Positions 27,843-35,687 of a stretch of DNA of 39,500 nt are shown one piece after another. The notes under the pieces are model-generated. The model was not told the origin of the DNA. It did no database searches and saw nothing but the letters and a program-made list of their open reading frames with translations. The stretch spans positions 1 to 39,500 of the IMG/VR virus record IMGVR_UViG_3300037311_000303. One strand, given 5' to 3'. Within the stretch, counting starts at the first letter, position 1, and every line of letters begins with the position of its first letter. The position numbers were made by a program, and so were the translations under genes. This DNA comes from a virus. Lineage: Duplodnaviria > Caudoviricetes.

Positions 27843-28406
27843 ATGCCGATAACTCTCGCGAAGATCGTTGCCATTGTTGGCGTACTGCTCGCCGGCATTC
27901 TTATCGTTGCCGCTCACCGTCGACGGCCTGACCTACCGGCGTTTGAGGTTGCTTTGTCGGTCTATTTCACCGCTCCTACGCGATCTATCATGCATTGTGC
28001 GTATGCAGCGATCGCGACAGCGCTCATTTCTGTTGCTTTCCTGCTTGCGTTGAATATGAGCATAGCTTCTTTAGCGGTAGCTGTGGCCTGTTGCATTGGC
28101 TCTGCGCTTCTGGTTCCCGTTGTAGTGACGACACAGCGCGACGCAATGATCGTCCGAAGCGATGAAATTAGACGCGCACATCGCTATGCGGCTGCAGTTG
28201 CCTTTGCGTCGGTTGGAGTGGCGATGGCTGTCTCAGTATTCGCAGCAATAGTGAAATCCAATGTAGTCGTTCCGATTCTTGGTGCAGTTGGCGCTGTGCT
28301 TGTGAGCTTGGTTTTACGAAGTCGCCCGGGCCCCACGCATGGCCTGCGACAGAAACTCTTTCTGTTCGTTCTTGGCTTGTGGATCATAGCCATCGCAACC
28401 AACTAA
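27843..28406 (+). CDS. Multi-TM membrane protein (DUF998-like)
   Basis: 187 aa with 5-6 hydrophobic segments; LSVYF...MHCAY and AHRYAAAVAF; begins 4 bp after the kinase stop. Confidence 0.7.
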   Translation: MPITLAKIVAIVGVLLAGILIVAAHRRRPDLPAFEVALSVYFTAPTRSIMHCAYAAIATALISVAFLLALNMSIASLAVAVACCIGSALLVPVVVTTQRDAMIVRSDEIRRAHRYAAAVAFASVGVAMAVSVFAAIVKSNVVVPILGAVGAVLVSLVLRSRPGPTHGLRQKLFLFVLGLWIIAIATN

Positions 28407-28407
28407 A

Positions 28408-29016
28408 TCAGCTTGGCCCCTTTGCATCTCTGGAAAGGGCATGTCGAAAGTTCCTAACTAGCAGCGTGGCAGCACTAGCAACAGTCATGAAATCCTGTGC
28501 CAAGACCGATCGTGGAACGGAGTGGCTTGCGTCAAGTCGCAACTGTTCGCATCCTTTCAACAGTTCGCGCGATCCAGTTGGGGCAATGGCGTTCTTCAGG
28601 CTATGGATCTGTTCGAGTAGTTGTACGGTAGTAGTTTCCGGGTCCTCGATCGTACAGGTGGCGATGGCTTGCTTAATTTCACTCGCCACGGCGTCGGCAT
28701 AGGTTATCGCAGTCGATGGATTGAGAACTGCAATCGTTTCGAGCGCCGAGCCCGGTTCGATCCGGGGTGATCCGCATGATTTTCCAGATGGACGCTCGAC
28801 TTCAGGTATGCCTTTGTTGGCGCCTATCGTCTCTAGAAACTTGGCGATTATGGAAGCCATTGACCCCAACCCAGAATAGGCCAAAGCAGCCCTGCTCAAT
28901 CTTACCGGGTAGAGGGGCGAGCCTGTAACGATACCGCTCTCAAACATCTGCATGTAGCACTCACGGCAATTGCGACGAAACGCACAAATTTGATCAGTGA
29001 CGAATTCGGCGTCCAA
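28408..29016 (-). CDS. Stand-alone HPt phosphotransfer protein (start uncertain; ATG 28860 plausible)
   Basis: LLEQIHSLKNAIAPTGSRELLKGCEQLR matches the HPt pattern H-x-L-K...G...L...C..L. Confidence 0.7.
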   Translation of the reverse strand: MDAEFVTDQICAFRRNCRECYMQMFESGIVTGSPLYPVRLSRAALAYSGLGSMASIIAKFLETIGANKGIPEVERPSGKSCGSPRIEPGSALETIAVLNPSTAITYADAVASEIKQAIATCTIEDPETTTVQLLEQIHSLKNAIAPTGSRELLKGCEQLRLDASHSVPRSVLAQDFMTVASAATLLVRNFRHALSRDAKGPS

Positions 29017-29026
29017 ATCTGAAATG

Positions 29027-29062
29027 CAAAACGCCCCGACACCGAGTTCCGTGCCGGGGCGT
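29027..29062 (-). terminator. Intrinsic terminator closing the small-gene array
   Basis: Minus strand ACGCCCCG...CGGGGCGT-TTTGC. A second 9-bp hairpin, CGCCGGCAC-GCGCG-GTGCCGGCG, lies at 29081-29103. Confidence 0.7.
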
Positions 29063-29111
29063 ATGCCGCATCCAGGTTGTCGCCGGCACGCGCGGTGCCG
29101 GCGGTGTGTCG

Positions 29112-29315
29112 TCAGAGGCTTAGCGTTTCCCCTGCCTCAGCAAATCCTACCCAGCCGCCATTGCCGTCGAGGCCGCGACTCACGAGTTCCTCACGTGCCA
29201 GCTTCACGATGTCGATTTCCCCATGAATGAGCGCCACAAGAAATCACGTCTAGAAGGTCTGGACGGCATCGGCGAGGTCTTCGTCGGTGCCCTACGCGAT
29301 GCGAGCGCTACTCAT
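29112..29315 (-). pseudogene. Decayed small gene with three in-frame stops
   Basis: From ATG 29315 (ATGA overlap): MSSARIA*GTDEDLADAVQTF*T*FLVALIHGEIDIVKLAREELVSRGLDGNGGWVGFAEAGETLSL*. Confidence 0.75.
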
Positions 29316-29605
29316 GCCTGCATTTTGCGCGCGGCGGCGACCAGCAGGGCGGCCTGCGCATCGGCGGCGCTGTCGAGGCGCAGTCGCGGAAACAAATCGC
29401 TGATGAGATGAAACATTACATGATTGAGCCGCGCGGCCTGATCTTCGAGATCGTTCATCGCATCGAAGCGACGCTCTTGGTCGTCGAGGTGCTGCAGTGC
29501 CTGCGTCAGCGCGAGGCGCATGATGCGGAAGCTGTCCTTGCCGCGTGCGCGGGCGAAGGCGATCTCGTCGACGCGCGGACCGGCGGGTGTGGTGATGTCG
29601 TTCAT
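29312..29605 (-). CDS. Small helical hypothetical protein (paralogue family A, copy 1)
   Basis: Likely start ATG 29605 (MNDITTP), 97 aa; similar to 30029-30316 and 30313-30588. Confidence 0.75.
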   Translation of the reverse strand: MNDITTPAGPRVDEIAFARARGKDSFRIMRLALTQALQHLDDQERRFDAMNDLEDQAARLNHVMFHLISDLFPRLRLDSAADAQAALLVAAARKMQA

Positions 29606-29653
29606 GTCGGGGTTCCTGTGTGTGGGCACGCTGCGATTTGCATCGCGTGACCG

Positions 29654-29684
29654 CATGAACGCGCTGTTCCCCGGCGAAGCCAAG
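29654..29684 (-). promoter_or_regulatory. 31-bp motif, copy 2
   Basis: CATGAACGCGCT-GTTCCCCGGC-GAAGCCAAG. Confidence 0.8.
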
Positions 29685-29849
29685 CGGACGATGCTAGGAT
29701 TGAACGACAGACAGGTTCGGTACGGATTCGGCGTTCGGCGTGTGCGCGCCCGTGGCGCGCAAGGACGCCGCGACGGACGTCAGGACGTGTGGGGCGACAG
29801 GCGCTGCACACGTCGCGACGGTGCGCCGTGTGCGGCCTTCGCGGCGGCG

Positions 29850-30032
29850 TCAGGCGCGGTCTTCGGTGCCATCCGCTTCGTCGTCGCGCCAACGCCGCGC
29901 GATGTCGCTGCGGACGGCATCCAAGAGCGCCAGATCCGCGTTCTGCATTGCCATCGGCAAGCGTGGGTCCAGCGCGCGGATCGCTTCGAGTGAATCGCGC
30001 GCGGGGTTCGTCGCCGTGCGGACCGCGCTCAT
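29850..30032 (-). CDS. Small hypothetical protein
   Basis: 60 aa; ATG overlaps the upstream stop. Confidence 0.6.
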   Translation of the reverse strand: MSAVRTATNPARDSLEAIRALDPRLPMAMQNADLALLDAVRSDIARRWRDDEADGTEDRA

Positions 30033-30316
30033 AGGATAGTGGCCCGAGTAGCGAGGGCATGCAATTGGGCTTGTGCATCGGCGGCAAGGTCGATGCGCGC
30101 GTTACCCATGATGCTGGTGCAGAGGTGCTGGATCGCCCAATTCAAGACCTTGGCCTTGTCTGCCAGCCGGTCGGTCTCGTGGTATTGCCCTTCGTATCGC
30201 ACCAGTTCTTGCGCCGCGCGCTCGATCGCTTCGCGCATGTGCGTCAGGGCGTCAGCGCCGTGGCGCAGGGCGATGCGGGTTTCGAGGTCGGGCGACGCGC
30301 TGTCGGTAGCGATCAT
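30029..30316 (-). CDS. Small helical hypothetical protein (family A, copy 2)
   Basis: GADALTHMREAIERAAQELVRYEGQY...LADKAKVLNWAIQHL...RIDLAADAQAQL. Confidence 0.8.
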   Translation of the reverse strand: MIATDSASPDLETRIALRHGADALTHMREAIERAAQELVRYEGQYHETDRLADKAKVLNWAIQHLCTSIMGNARIDLAADAQAQLHALATRATIL

Positions 30317-30588
30317 GGCGCGTTCTCGCGTTCGAGGATGGCTTGCAACTCGGCCAGCGCGCGATTGGCTTCATCGATGTTCGGCCCTGATCCGGCGGCA
30401 TGCGCCACCGCCCAAAGCACCACGTTCGCTTTGCCCTCCAGACGCGATTCGTCCGCAAAGCGGGCTTCGTACCGGGTCATCGTCAACGCGGCTTGTTCGA
30501 GCGTTTCGCGCATTCGTTTCAGGGCGGCGCCGCATTGTGTTAGGACGCGTTCGGTGTCCGGGTCGGTTTGGTCGGTACTCGCTTTCAT
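30313..30588 (-). CDS. Small helical hypothetical protein (family A, copy 3)
   Basis: GAALKRMRETLEQAALTMTRYEARF...LEGKANVVLWAVAH...NIDEANRALAEL. Confidence 0.8.
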   Translation of the reverse strand: MKASTDQTDPDTERVLTQCGAALKRMRETLEQAALTMTRYEARFADESRLEGKANVVLWAVAHAAGSGPNIDEANRALAELQAILERENAP

Positions 30589-30618
30589 TCAGGGCTCCAT
30601 GAGCGTGTGGTGTCGGTC

Positions 30619-30649
30619 CATGAACGCGCTATTCTGGAGTGAAGCCAAG
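30619..30649 (-). promoter_or_regulatory. 31-bp motif, copy 3
   Basis: CATGAACGCGCT-ATTCTGGAGT-GAAGCCAAG. Confidence 0.8.
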
Positions 30650-30714
30650 CGCGAATTCACCGATGTTGTGACGGAGACAGACGACGGACAGCTTCCGCGT
30701 CGCGGCTGTCGCAA

Positions 30715-31083
30715 TCAGTCGGCCTGCTCGGCCAGAGGCGGCGCGAATGCAACCAGCGGATCGTGTTCTGTGCCCGCTCGGCGCGCGATTTCGGCAATGA
30801 TGAGTTCACGCAGGTCCGCGTCGCCGCGATGCAGGGCGAGCAGGAAGTCGGTTCGCAGTTCGGCGACGAGATCGCCAACCGGAAAATCGGTGATGGTGGC
30901 GTGACGCTCGCCGTCCTCGAATCCCATCGTGTAGACCTCGGCCAATCCGTCGAGGAGGGATTGGATGTCGGCGATCCCGTTGGCGTTGCCGACGATCGCG
31001 ACGGCGTCGATGTCGATGCCGAAGCGTTCGCGAACGATGAAGCGGTAAGGGTCTTCGTTGTTGCGAAAATCATGCATGCCCAT
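30715..31083 (-). CDS. Hypothetical protein
   Basis: Likely start ATG 31083 (MGMHDFRNN) after a GGGGAG Shine-Dalgarno; C-terminal FLLALHRGDADLRELIIAEIARR resembles the 29112-29315 pseudogene. Confidence 0.7.
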   Translation of the reverse strand: MGMHDFRNNEDPYRFIVRERFGIDIDAVAIVGNANGIADIQSLLDGLAEVYTMGFEDGERHATITDFPVGDLVAELRTDFLLALHRGDADLRELIIAEIARRAGTEHDPLVAFAPPLAEQAD

Positions 31084-31097
31084 GTCGTGCTCCCCGT

Positions 31098-31418
31098 TCA
31101 CCACACGATGCTGGTGGGGTTGGCGACGATGCGCGCCAACAAATCGGCGAGCGGCTCGACCTGCGCGCCCTCCGCGATGGGTGCGAGCAACGTGCTGCCG
31201 GTGTCGATCAGTTCGATGCGGATGACGTCGACGCCGTTGCTGGCGTAGGCGATGTGCTTGCGGCCGTCGATCCGGCGCATGAGCGCGTGCGGCGTGCGTG
31301 CGCGCAGGACTTCGCGTTGCCATGCGTGTCGGCCGCGCTTGCCGGGGACGCGCACCAGCAGGGAGGCGAGGAAGAATTCCTTGACGCGCTTGGGCTTGCG
31401 GGAGGGGATGGTTTTCAT
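31098..31418 (-). CDS. Hypothetical basic protein
   Basis: Likely start ATG 31418 (MKTIPSRKPKR) after AGGAG; 106 aa. Confidence 0.7.
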   Translation of the reverse strand: MKTIPSRKPKRVKEFFLASLLVRVPGKRGRHAWQREVLRARTPHALMRRIDGRKHIAYASNGVDVIRIELIDTGSTLLAPIAEGAQVEPLADLLARIVANPTSIVW

Positions 31419-31444
31419 GCGGGTCGATCTCCTTGTCGGGTGGG

Positions 31445-31475
31445 CATGAACGCGCTGTGCCCGAGGGAAGCCAAG
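31445..31475 (-). promoter_or_regulatory. 31-bp motif, copy 4
   Basis: CATGAACGCGCT-GTGCCCGAGG-GAAGCCAAG. Confidence 0.8.
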
Positions 31476-31505
31476 CCCATCGGGGTCGGCGTCCAATGTC
31501 CCTGT

Positions 31506-31703
31506 TCAGCCGTCAGAGGCCTTGGCCTTCGCGCCCTTGCGGCCCTGTTCGATGCCGGCGCGGTAGGCCGCTTCCAGCGCATCCCGCAGTTCCAACACCG
31601 AGACTTCGTGGAAGTCCAAGCTGTCGTGATGGCGGGATTCCAGCGTTTCGATCCGGAGGTGCTGCTGTGCGATGCGAGTCAGGCGTGTGTCGAGGCGTTT
31701 CAT
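31506..31703 (-). CDS. DUF6900-like small protein
   Basis: MKRLDTRLTRIAQQHLRIETLESRHHDSLDFHEVSVLELRDALEAAYRAG. Confidence 0.75.
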   Translation of the reverse strand: MKRLDTRLTRIAQQHLRIETLESRHHDSLDFHEVSVLELRDALEAAYRAGIEQGRKGAKAKASDG

Positions 31704-31733
31704 GTCTTGCGCGCCGATGGTGTGGAGGTGCTG

Positions 31734-31764
31734 CATGAACGCGCTGTTCGAGACAGAAGCCAAG
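31734..31764 (-). promoter_or_regulatory. 31-bp motif, copy 5
   Basis: CATGAACGCGCT-GTTCGAGACA-GAAGCCAAG. Confidence 0.8.
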
Positions 31765-31796
31765 CCGAACATGGCTTCTATTTCGGTGGATTTCGG

Positions 31797-32180
31797 TTAT
31801 CCGAGGCGAGCGACGTAACGGGCGTAGTCGTAACCCGAGGGATCGACATAGAGATATGGGCGACCGGGCGCGTGGACTTCGACGCACAGGCAGCCATCGG
31901 CGACATTGCCGCCCTTGCCGGCGAGCCATGGCTGCGCCCGGGTCAAGTCCGTCGTGAAGGCGTCGAACTGCGCGATGGTCATCTCGACCGTCTCAGTGAT
32001 GTAGATGCGATGCTCGCCGGTCGCGCACATCTCGCTCAGAGAATCGGGTTTGCATGCGAAGGGCAGGCGCACGCCGAGTTCTTCGACCTGAAGGGGTCTG
32101 CCGCGAAAATTCAAGGTGCGTGGTGTGCGCGGGATGTGGAGGGTCATGGTGTATGGGGTGGCGAGCGTCATCGTGGGCAT
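31797..32180 (-). CDS. Phage/ICE-associated hypothetical protein (DUF6329-like)
   Basis: Likely start ATG 32180; QFDAFTTDL...PWLAGKGG...CVEVHAPGRPYLYVDPSGYDYARYVA. Confidence 0.7.
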   Translation of the reverse strand: MPTMTLATPYTMTLHIPRTPRTLNFRGRPLQVEELGVRLPFACKPDSLSEMCATGEHRIYITETVEMTIAQFDAFTTDLTRAQPWLAGKGGNVADGCLCVEVHAPGRPYLYVDPSGYDYARYVARLG

Positions 32181-32218
32181 GTGCGTTTTCCGCGTGGGCG
32201 TCGGCGATTCGACGAGGA

Positions 32219-32249
32219 CATGAACGCGCTGTGTGCGAGAGAAGCCAAG
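32219..32249 (-). promoter_or_regulatory. 31-bp motif, copy 6
   Basis: CATGAACGCGCT-GTGTGCGAGA-GAAGCCAAG. Confidence 0.8.
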
Positions 32250-32325
32250 CGCAAAGTCTTGTAGCACTGCGACATATGGACACCTGTCGTACAGGCTTCG
32301 TGAACGTGCTGACGACGTGCCTGGA

Positions 32326-34812
32326 TTACGCCAATCGGCGCAGACTCACGCGCTCGACGCGTCCCGCGAACGCAGCGTCGGCGGCGATTCGCAGCGCGGT
32401 GTGCGCATTCGCGGTGAGCGTGTCGATGAAGGTGCCGCTCGCGGCGCGCGCCTCGCCGTCGACGGGGACGTGTCCGACCAATCCGACGCGCACCGTGCCG
32501 GCCGTGACCTGGGACAACACCAGCTCGATGCGATACACGCCACCGTCAACGAAGGCAAACGGTTGTTCGAGGGAGGAGGCGACGCCTGCGGCCTTGACCG
32601 CGGCGCTACCGGCGATCGACCAGCCCGCGCCGAGTGTCCACGCGGCTTGCGTATCTAAGTCGGCATTGGTTAGCTTTTCCCCGCACTCGCATTGCAGCGT
32701 GCGGATGTGCTTTTGTCGACTGACCAGCGTGCCCCGCTGGCTATCGATCTCGATGCGCAGCATCGCGTCGTTGGCGAGCAGCACCTCGACGCTGTGCTGC
32801 GTGCCGGCGATGCCGGTGGTTTCATGCAGCACGGCGCCACTGAGCGCGTGGACGATGCGCACGCGCGTCGTCGTGCCGGGTTCGGGGCCGATGCTCCCGG
32901 CCTCGTGCTCGATCAGGCGGTCGCCCTGCAGCACGCGATCACGATGTGCCCACGCGAACGACAGGCGCGCGAAGCTCGCGGCGGGCCAGGCGTTGCCGTT
33001 TATCCGCAATCGGCCGGGGGGATAGGGCCGCGCATGGCGCGCGGCGAGCACGGTTTGCACGACCGGCGCGAGCGACGGGTCCAGCACCCCCAGCGGCGCG
33101 CGGGTCAGCAGCTTCGCCTCGACGGTTTCGCCGGCCAGGTATTCGGTCGGGTCGGCGCCGACGTAGGTGTCGGACCACCAGACCCGTGCGCCCACGACGT
33201 GCGGTACGGGCACGGTGTCCACGCAGCCGCGCGCGAGCGTGAGCGTGCCGGCGACCACATCGATCGCATCGATCCGCACCAGTTCGTCGTCGATCAACGC
33301 TTCGGTGCCGACGACGACCAGATCAAGATCGCGCATGTCCGCCAGCAGGGCCTGCGTATCGGTCGGCCCGAGCGCGCCCGCGAGCGTGGCGGTGGCCGAG
33401 AAGTCGCCACTGGCGACCTCCTCGAAGGTGCCGCCCGCCGTGCGTGTGGTGAGCACGTAGCCGTAGGCGGGGCCGTTCGGGCGCGCGCCGAGCGCGACCA
33501 CGAAGCCGGCATCGTCTTCGACCACGGCCAGATCCGCAGGCCGCAGGCGACCGGCGAGATCGCGATACGTGGCTTCGATCAGCCGCTGCGCCGGCAGTGG
33601 TTGCGGCCGGGGATCGGGCGGCGTCCACGGCCCGATCACCGGACGCAGGTAGGTCGTCGCCGCCATGCCGTCGATGTCCTGCAACAGCACCAGTGCCAGC
33701 GCGCCATCGGTGCGGGTGCCCTCGTCGACCTCCAGCACCCGCACGGGCATGCGCTGCACGCCCTTGCGTCGCCAGGACAGCGCGAGCACGTCGCCGCGCT
33801 TGATGCCCCACCAGCGACGATCGACGGTGAGTTTGATCCGCTGCAGCAGGCTGCTCGCGGCCTGGGTTTCGCGCGCGGCCACGCGCTCGCACAGGGTGCG
33901 ATGCCACAGTCCCGGCAGCGCACGACGATCGGCGATGACGCGGCCCTGCGCCTGGACGTTCGCCATGTTCTGGAACGTGGCCGCGATCTCAAGATTGGTC
34001 ACGCAATCGCGACCGAGCACCGTGACCTCGTTGACGCTGCCATCGAGCAGCGGCGTCTGCCAGCTCTCCACGGCCAGCACGCTGGTCTCATCGAGCAACG
34101 GCAGGGTCGCGACGTCGTAGTCCGGGCGGAACAGCCGGTAGACGAACTGGCCGAGCATCGGATCGAACGCCCACAATCCGCCGACGTGGTTGTTCACCGT
34201 CTGCAGGAAATTCCCCACCGAGTCCCCGCGCCGCCACCCCAGGCACAGCCCGAACGCCTCGTCGTGCAACTGCTCGGCCGCGCGCAGAAAGCTCTCCGCA
34301 TGCAGCAGCGCCGGATCGAGCCCCACGCCCCACACCGTGTCGGTGAGGCACTGGTAGTGAATGTGCGCTGCGTTCATGCCGCGGCCGATGCGCGCGAGCG
34401 ACGGTTCCCACACGGGTGTGGACCAGCCCTGCACGAAGCGCCCCCAACGCTTGGCCCACAGCTTCAGGTAGGGGTTCATCGCCCCGACCATTCCGCGATA
34501 GAGCGTGGTGCAGAGCCCGCGTCCCGCCGGCCACGGTCCCGGCACTTGCTGCTGCAGATACGGATCGGGCATCTGCGTCGCTTCGCCCATCCGAATCTGT
34601 AGCGTGCCGACGAGGCCGCCTTCCTTTTTGTCGCCTCCGAAGAGCATTGGCCGATCGATCGCCAGCGTGCGACTGCCCGTCAGTTCGCCCTCGAACACAG
34701 GCTGGCCGCCTACTTTCACGCCCGCGAGATAGTCGTTCGGACCGATCGACTCACCCATGTACAGGTACATGAAATGGCGATAGCCGATCGTTGGCTTGCT
34801 CGACTTACCCAT
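32326..34812 (-). CDS. Phage tail-tip/central tail protein
   Basis: 828 aa; MGKSSKPTIGYRHFM...LFGGDKKEGG...MNPYLKLW...MNAAHIHYQCLTD...LARGCVDTVP...RPYPPGRLRING, as in D3112-like/GTA-like siphovirus tail proteins. Confidence 0.85.
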   Translation of the reverse strand: MGKSSKPTIGYRHFMYLYMGESIGPNDYLAGVKVGGQPVFEGELTGSRTLAIDRPMLFGGDKKEGGLVGTLQIRMGEATQMPDPYLQQQVPGPWPAGRGLCTTLYRGMVGAMNPYLKLWAKRWGRFVQGWSTPVWEPSLARIGRGMNAAHIHYQCLTDTVWGVGLDPALLHAESFLRAAEQLHDEAFGLCLGWRRGDSVGNFLQTVNNHVGGLWAFDPMLGQFVYRLFRPDYDVATLPLLDETSVLAVESWQTPLLDGSVNEVTVLGRDCVTNLEIAATFQNMANVQAQGRVIADRRALPGLWHRTLCERVAARETQAASSLLQRIKLTVDRRWWGIKRGDVLALSWRRKGVQRMPVRVLEVDEGTRTDGALALVLLQDIDGMAATTYLRPVIGPWTPPDPRPQPLPAQRLIEATYRDLAGRLRPADLAVVEDDAGFVVALGARPNGPAYGYVLTTRTAGGTFEEVASGDFSATATLAGALGPTDTQALLADMRDLDLVVVGTEALIDDELVRIDAIDVVAGTLTLARGCVDTVPVPHVVGARVWWSDTYVGADPTEYLAGETVEAKLLTRAPLGVLDPSLAPVVQTVLAARHARPYPPGRLRINGNAWPAASFARLSFAWAHRDRVLQGDRLIEHEAGSIGPEPGTTTRVRIVHALSGAVLHETTGIAGTQHSVEVLLANDAMLRIEIDSQRGTLVSRQKHIRTLQCECGEKLTNADLDTQAAWTLGAGWSIAGSAAVKAAGVASSLEQPFAFVDGGVYRIELVLSQVTAGTVRVGLVGHVPVDGEARAASGTFIDTLTANAHTALRIAADAAFAGRVERVSLRRLA

Positions 34813-35101
34813 GTTTCACCGCATCACGACGCGAACGCCACGCGCGCAGGCGCTGCATGAGGTTTCGATGCGGCGGCGAAACGATGATCGGACGCAGTTG
34901 CATGATCACGATCGGGCGTCGGCGCACACGGCCGCGCACGAGTGCCGGCACGTCGACGCCCCACAGCGCGTGGACGACGCCCGCAGCGATGCCGAACGCA
35001 CCGAACGGACGTTCGCCCGAGGCCCACAGCCATGCGCCAGAGAGCATCGAGCCCACGCAGGCGAGCGCGATCCAGCCGCGATAGACCTGCTCACGGCGCA
35101 T
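34805..35101 (-). CDS. Small membrane protein within the tail operon
   Basis: Likely start ATG 35101 (MRREQVYRGWIALACVGSMLSGAWLWA...); two hydrophobic segments; overlaps both neighbours. Confidence 0.5.
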   Translation of the reverse strand: MRREQVYRGWIALACVGSMLSGAWLWASGERPFGAFGIAAGVVHALWGVDVPALVRGRVRRRPIVIMQLRPIIVSPPHRNLMQRLRAWRSRRDAVKHG

Positions 35102-35402
35102 CGGAGTGTTCCTGCGTGTCCGTAGCCGCACCCTGCGTCGCTTCGGCGCACGCCGCTTCACGTTCGGCGATCGCCATCGCGCGGGCGACGAAGGGATCGT
35201 CGTGCAACTGTGGGTGCGCGGCGATCTCGATGCCCTCCTCGCACAACGCACGCAGATTGATCGCGTGCTGGCGACACCAGGCGCGAATGCTGGGCGTACA
35301 CAGTGGTCCGGCGGCCGGATCGACCGCGCGCACATGGCGCAGATGGATACGCAGGCCGTCGACAGCGTTTCGCTGCATGCTCATTTGCAGCGGCGTGTTC
35401 AT
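35091..35402 (-). CDS. Phage tail assembly protein
   Basis: IHLRHVRA...LCTPSIRAWCRQHAINLRALCEEGI; ATG overlaps the upstream stop. Confidence 0.7.
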   Translation of the reverse strand: MNTPLQMSMQRNAVDGLRIHLRHVRAVDPAAGPLCTPSIRAWCRQHAINLRALCEEGIEIAAHPQLHDDPFVARAMAIAEREAACAEATQGAATDTQEHSDAP

Positions 35403-35626
35403 TTACCGCTTTTGGCCTTGATCGGCGTGGTGCGCAGATCGCCGTAGGCCAGGACGTTGGGATCGTCGACCCACACTTCGCCGAAGATCACCAGCACCTC
35501 GCGCCCTTCTTCGGCGGTCGGCACCGAAAAATCGGCCAGGGCCGGCGGCTTCTGCGATTGCGGTTTGGGACGCATCGCGACGCTGATCGCGAGGGCGAGA
35601 ATGAGGACGACGACGTAAATCCACAT
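35399..35626 (-). CDS. Phage tail assembly protein
   Basis: MWIYVVVLILALAISVAMRPKP...DFSVPTAEEGREVLVIFGEVWVDDPNVLAYGDL. Confidence 0.8.
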   Translation of the reverse strand: MWIYVVVLILALAISVAMRPKPQSQKPPALADFSVPTAEEGREVLVIFGEVWVDDPNVLAYGDLRTTPIKAKSGK

Positions 35627-35687
35627 GGCGAGGGCGTGAGGACGCCGGCACGCGAAGCGCGCCGGACGTAATGGGAGCGGAGGCGTG

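Noticed and set aside
29027-29110. Two hairpins with GGA as an Rsm-type sRNA
   Set aside because: Only two GGA motifs; adequately explained as the terminator region of the small-gene array.
19311-29315. Stop-codon reassignment (TAG read as Gln) to explain the internal stops
   Set aside because: TAG ends apparently normal genes (e.g. 4058), the pseudogene also contains TGA, and the long tail and Rhs genes are intact under the standard code. Mutation or sequencing error is simpler.
29654-32249. The 31-bp repeats as a CRISPR array or integron attC sites
   Set aside because: Spacing is about 290-970 bp and filled with genes, the central 10 bp vary, the repeats are not palindromic, and no cas or tyrosine integrase gene is present.
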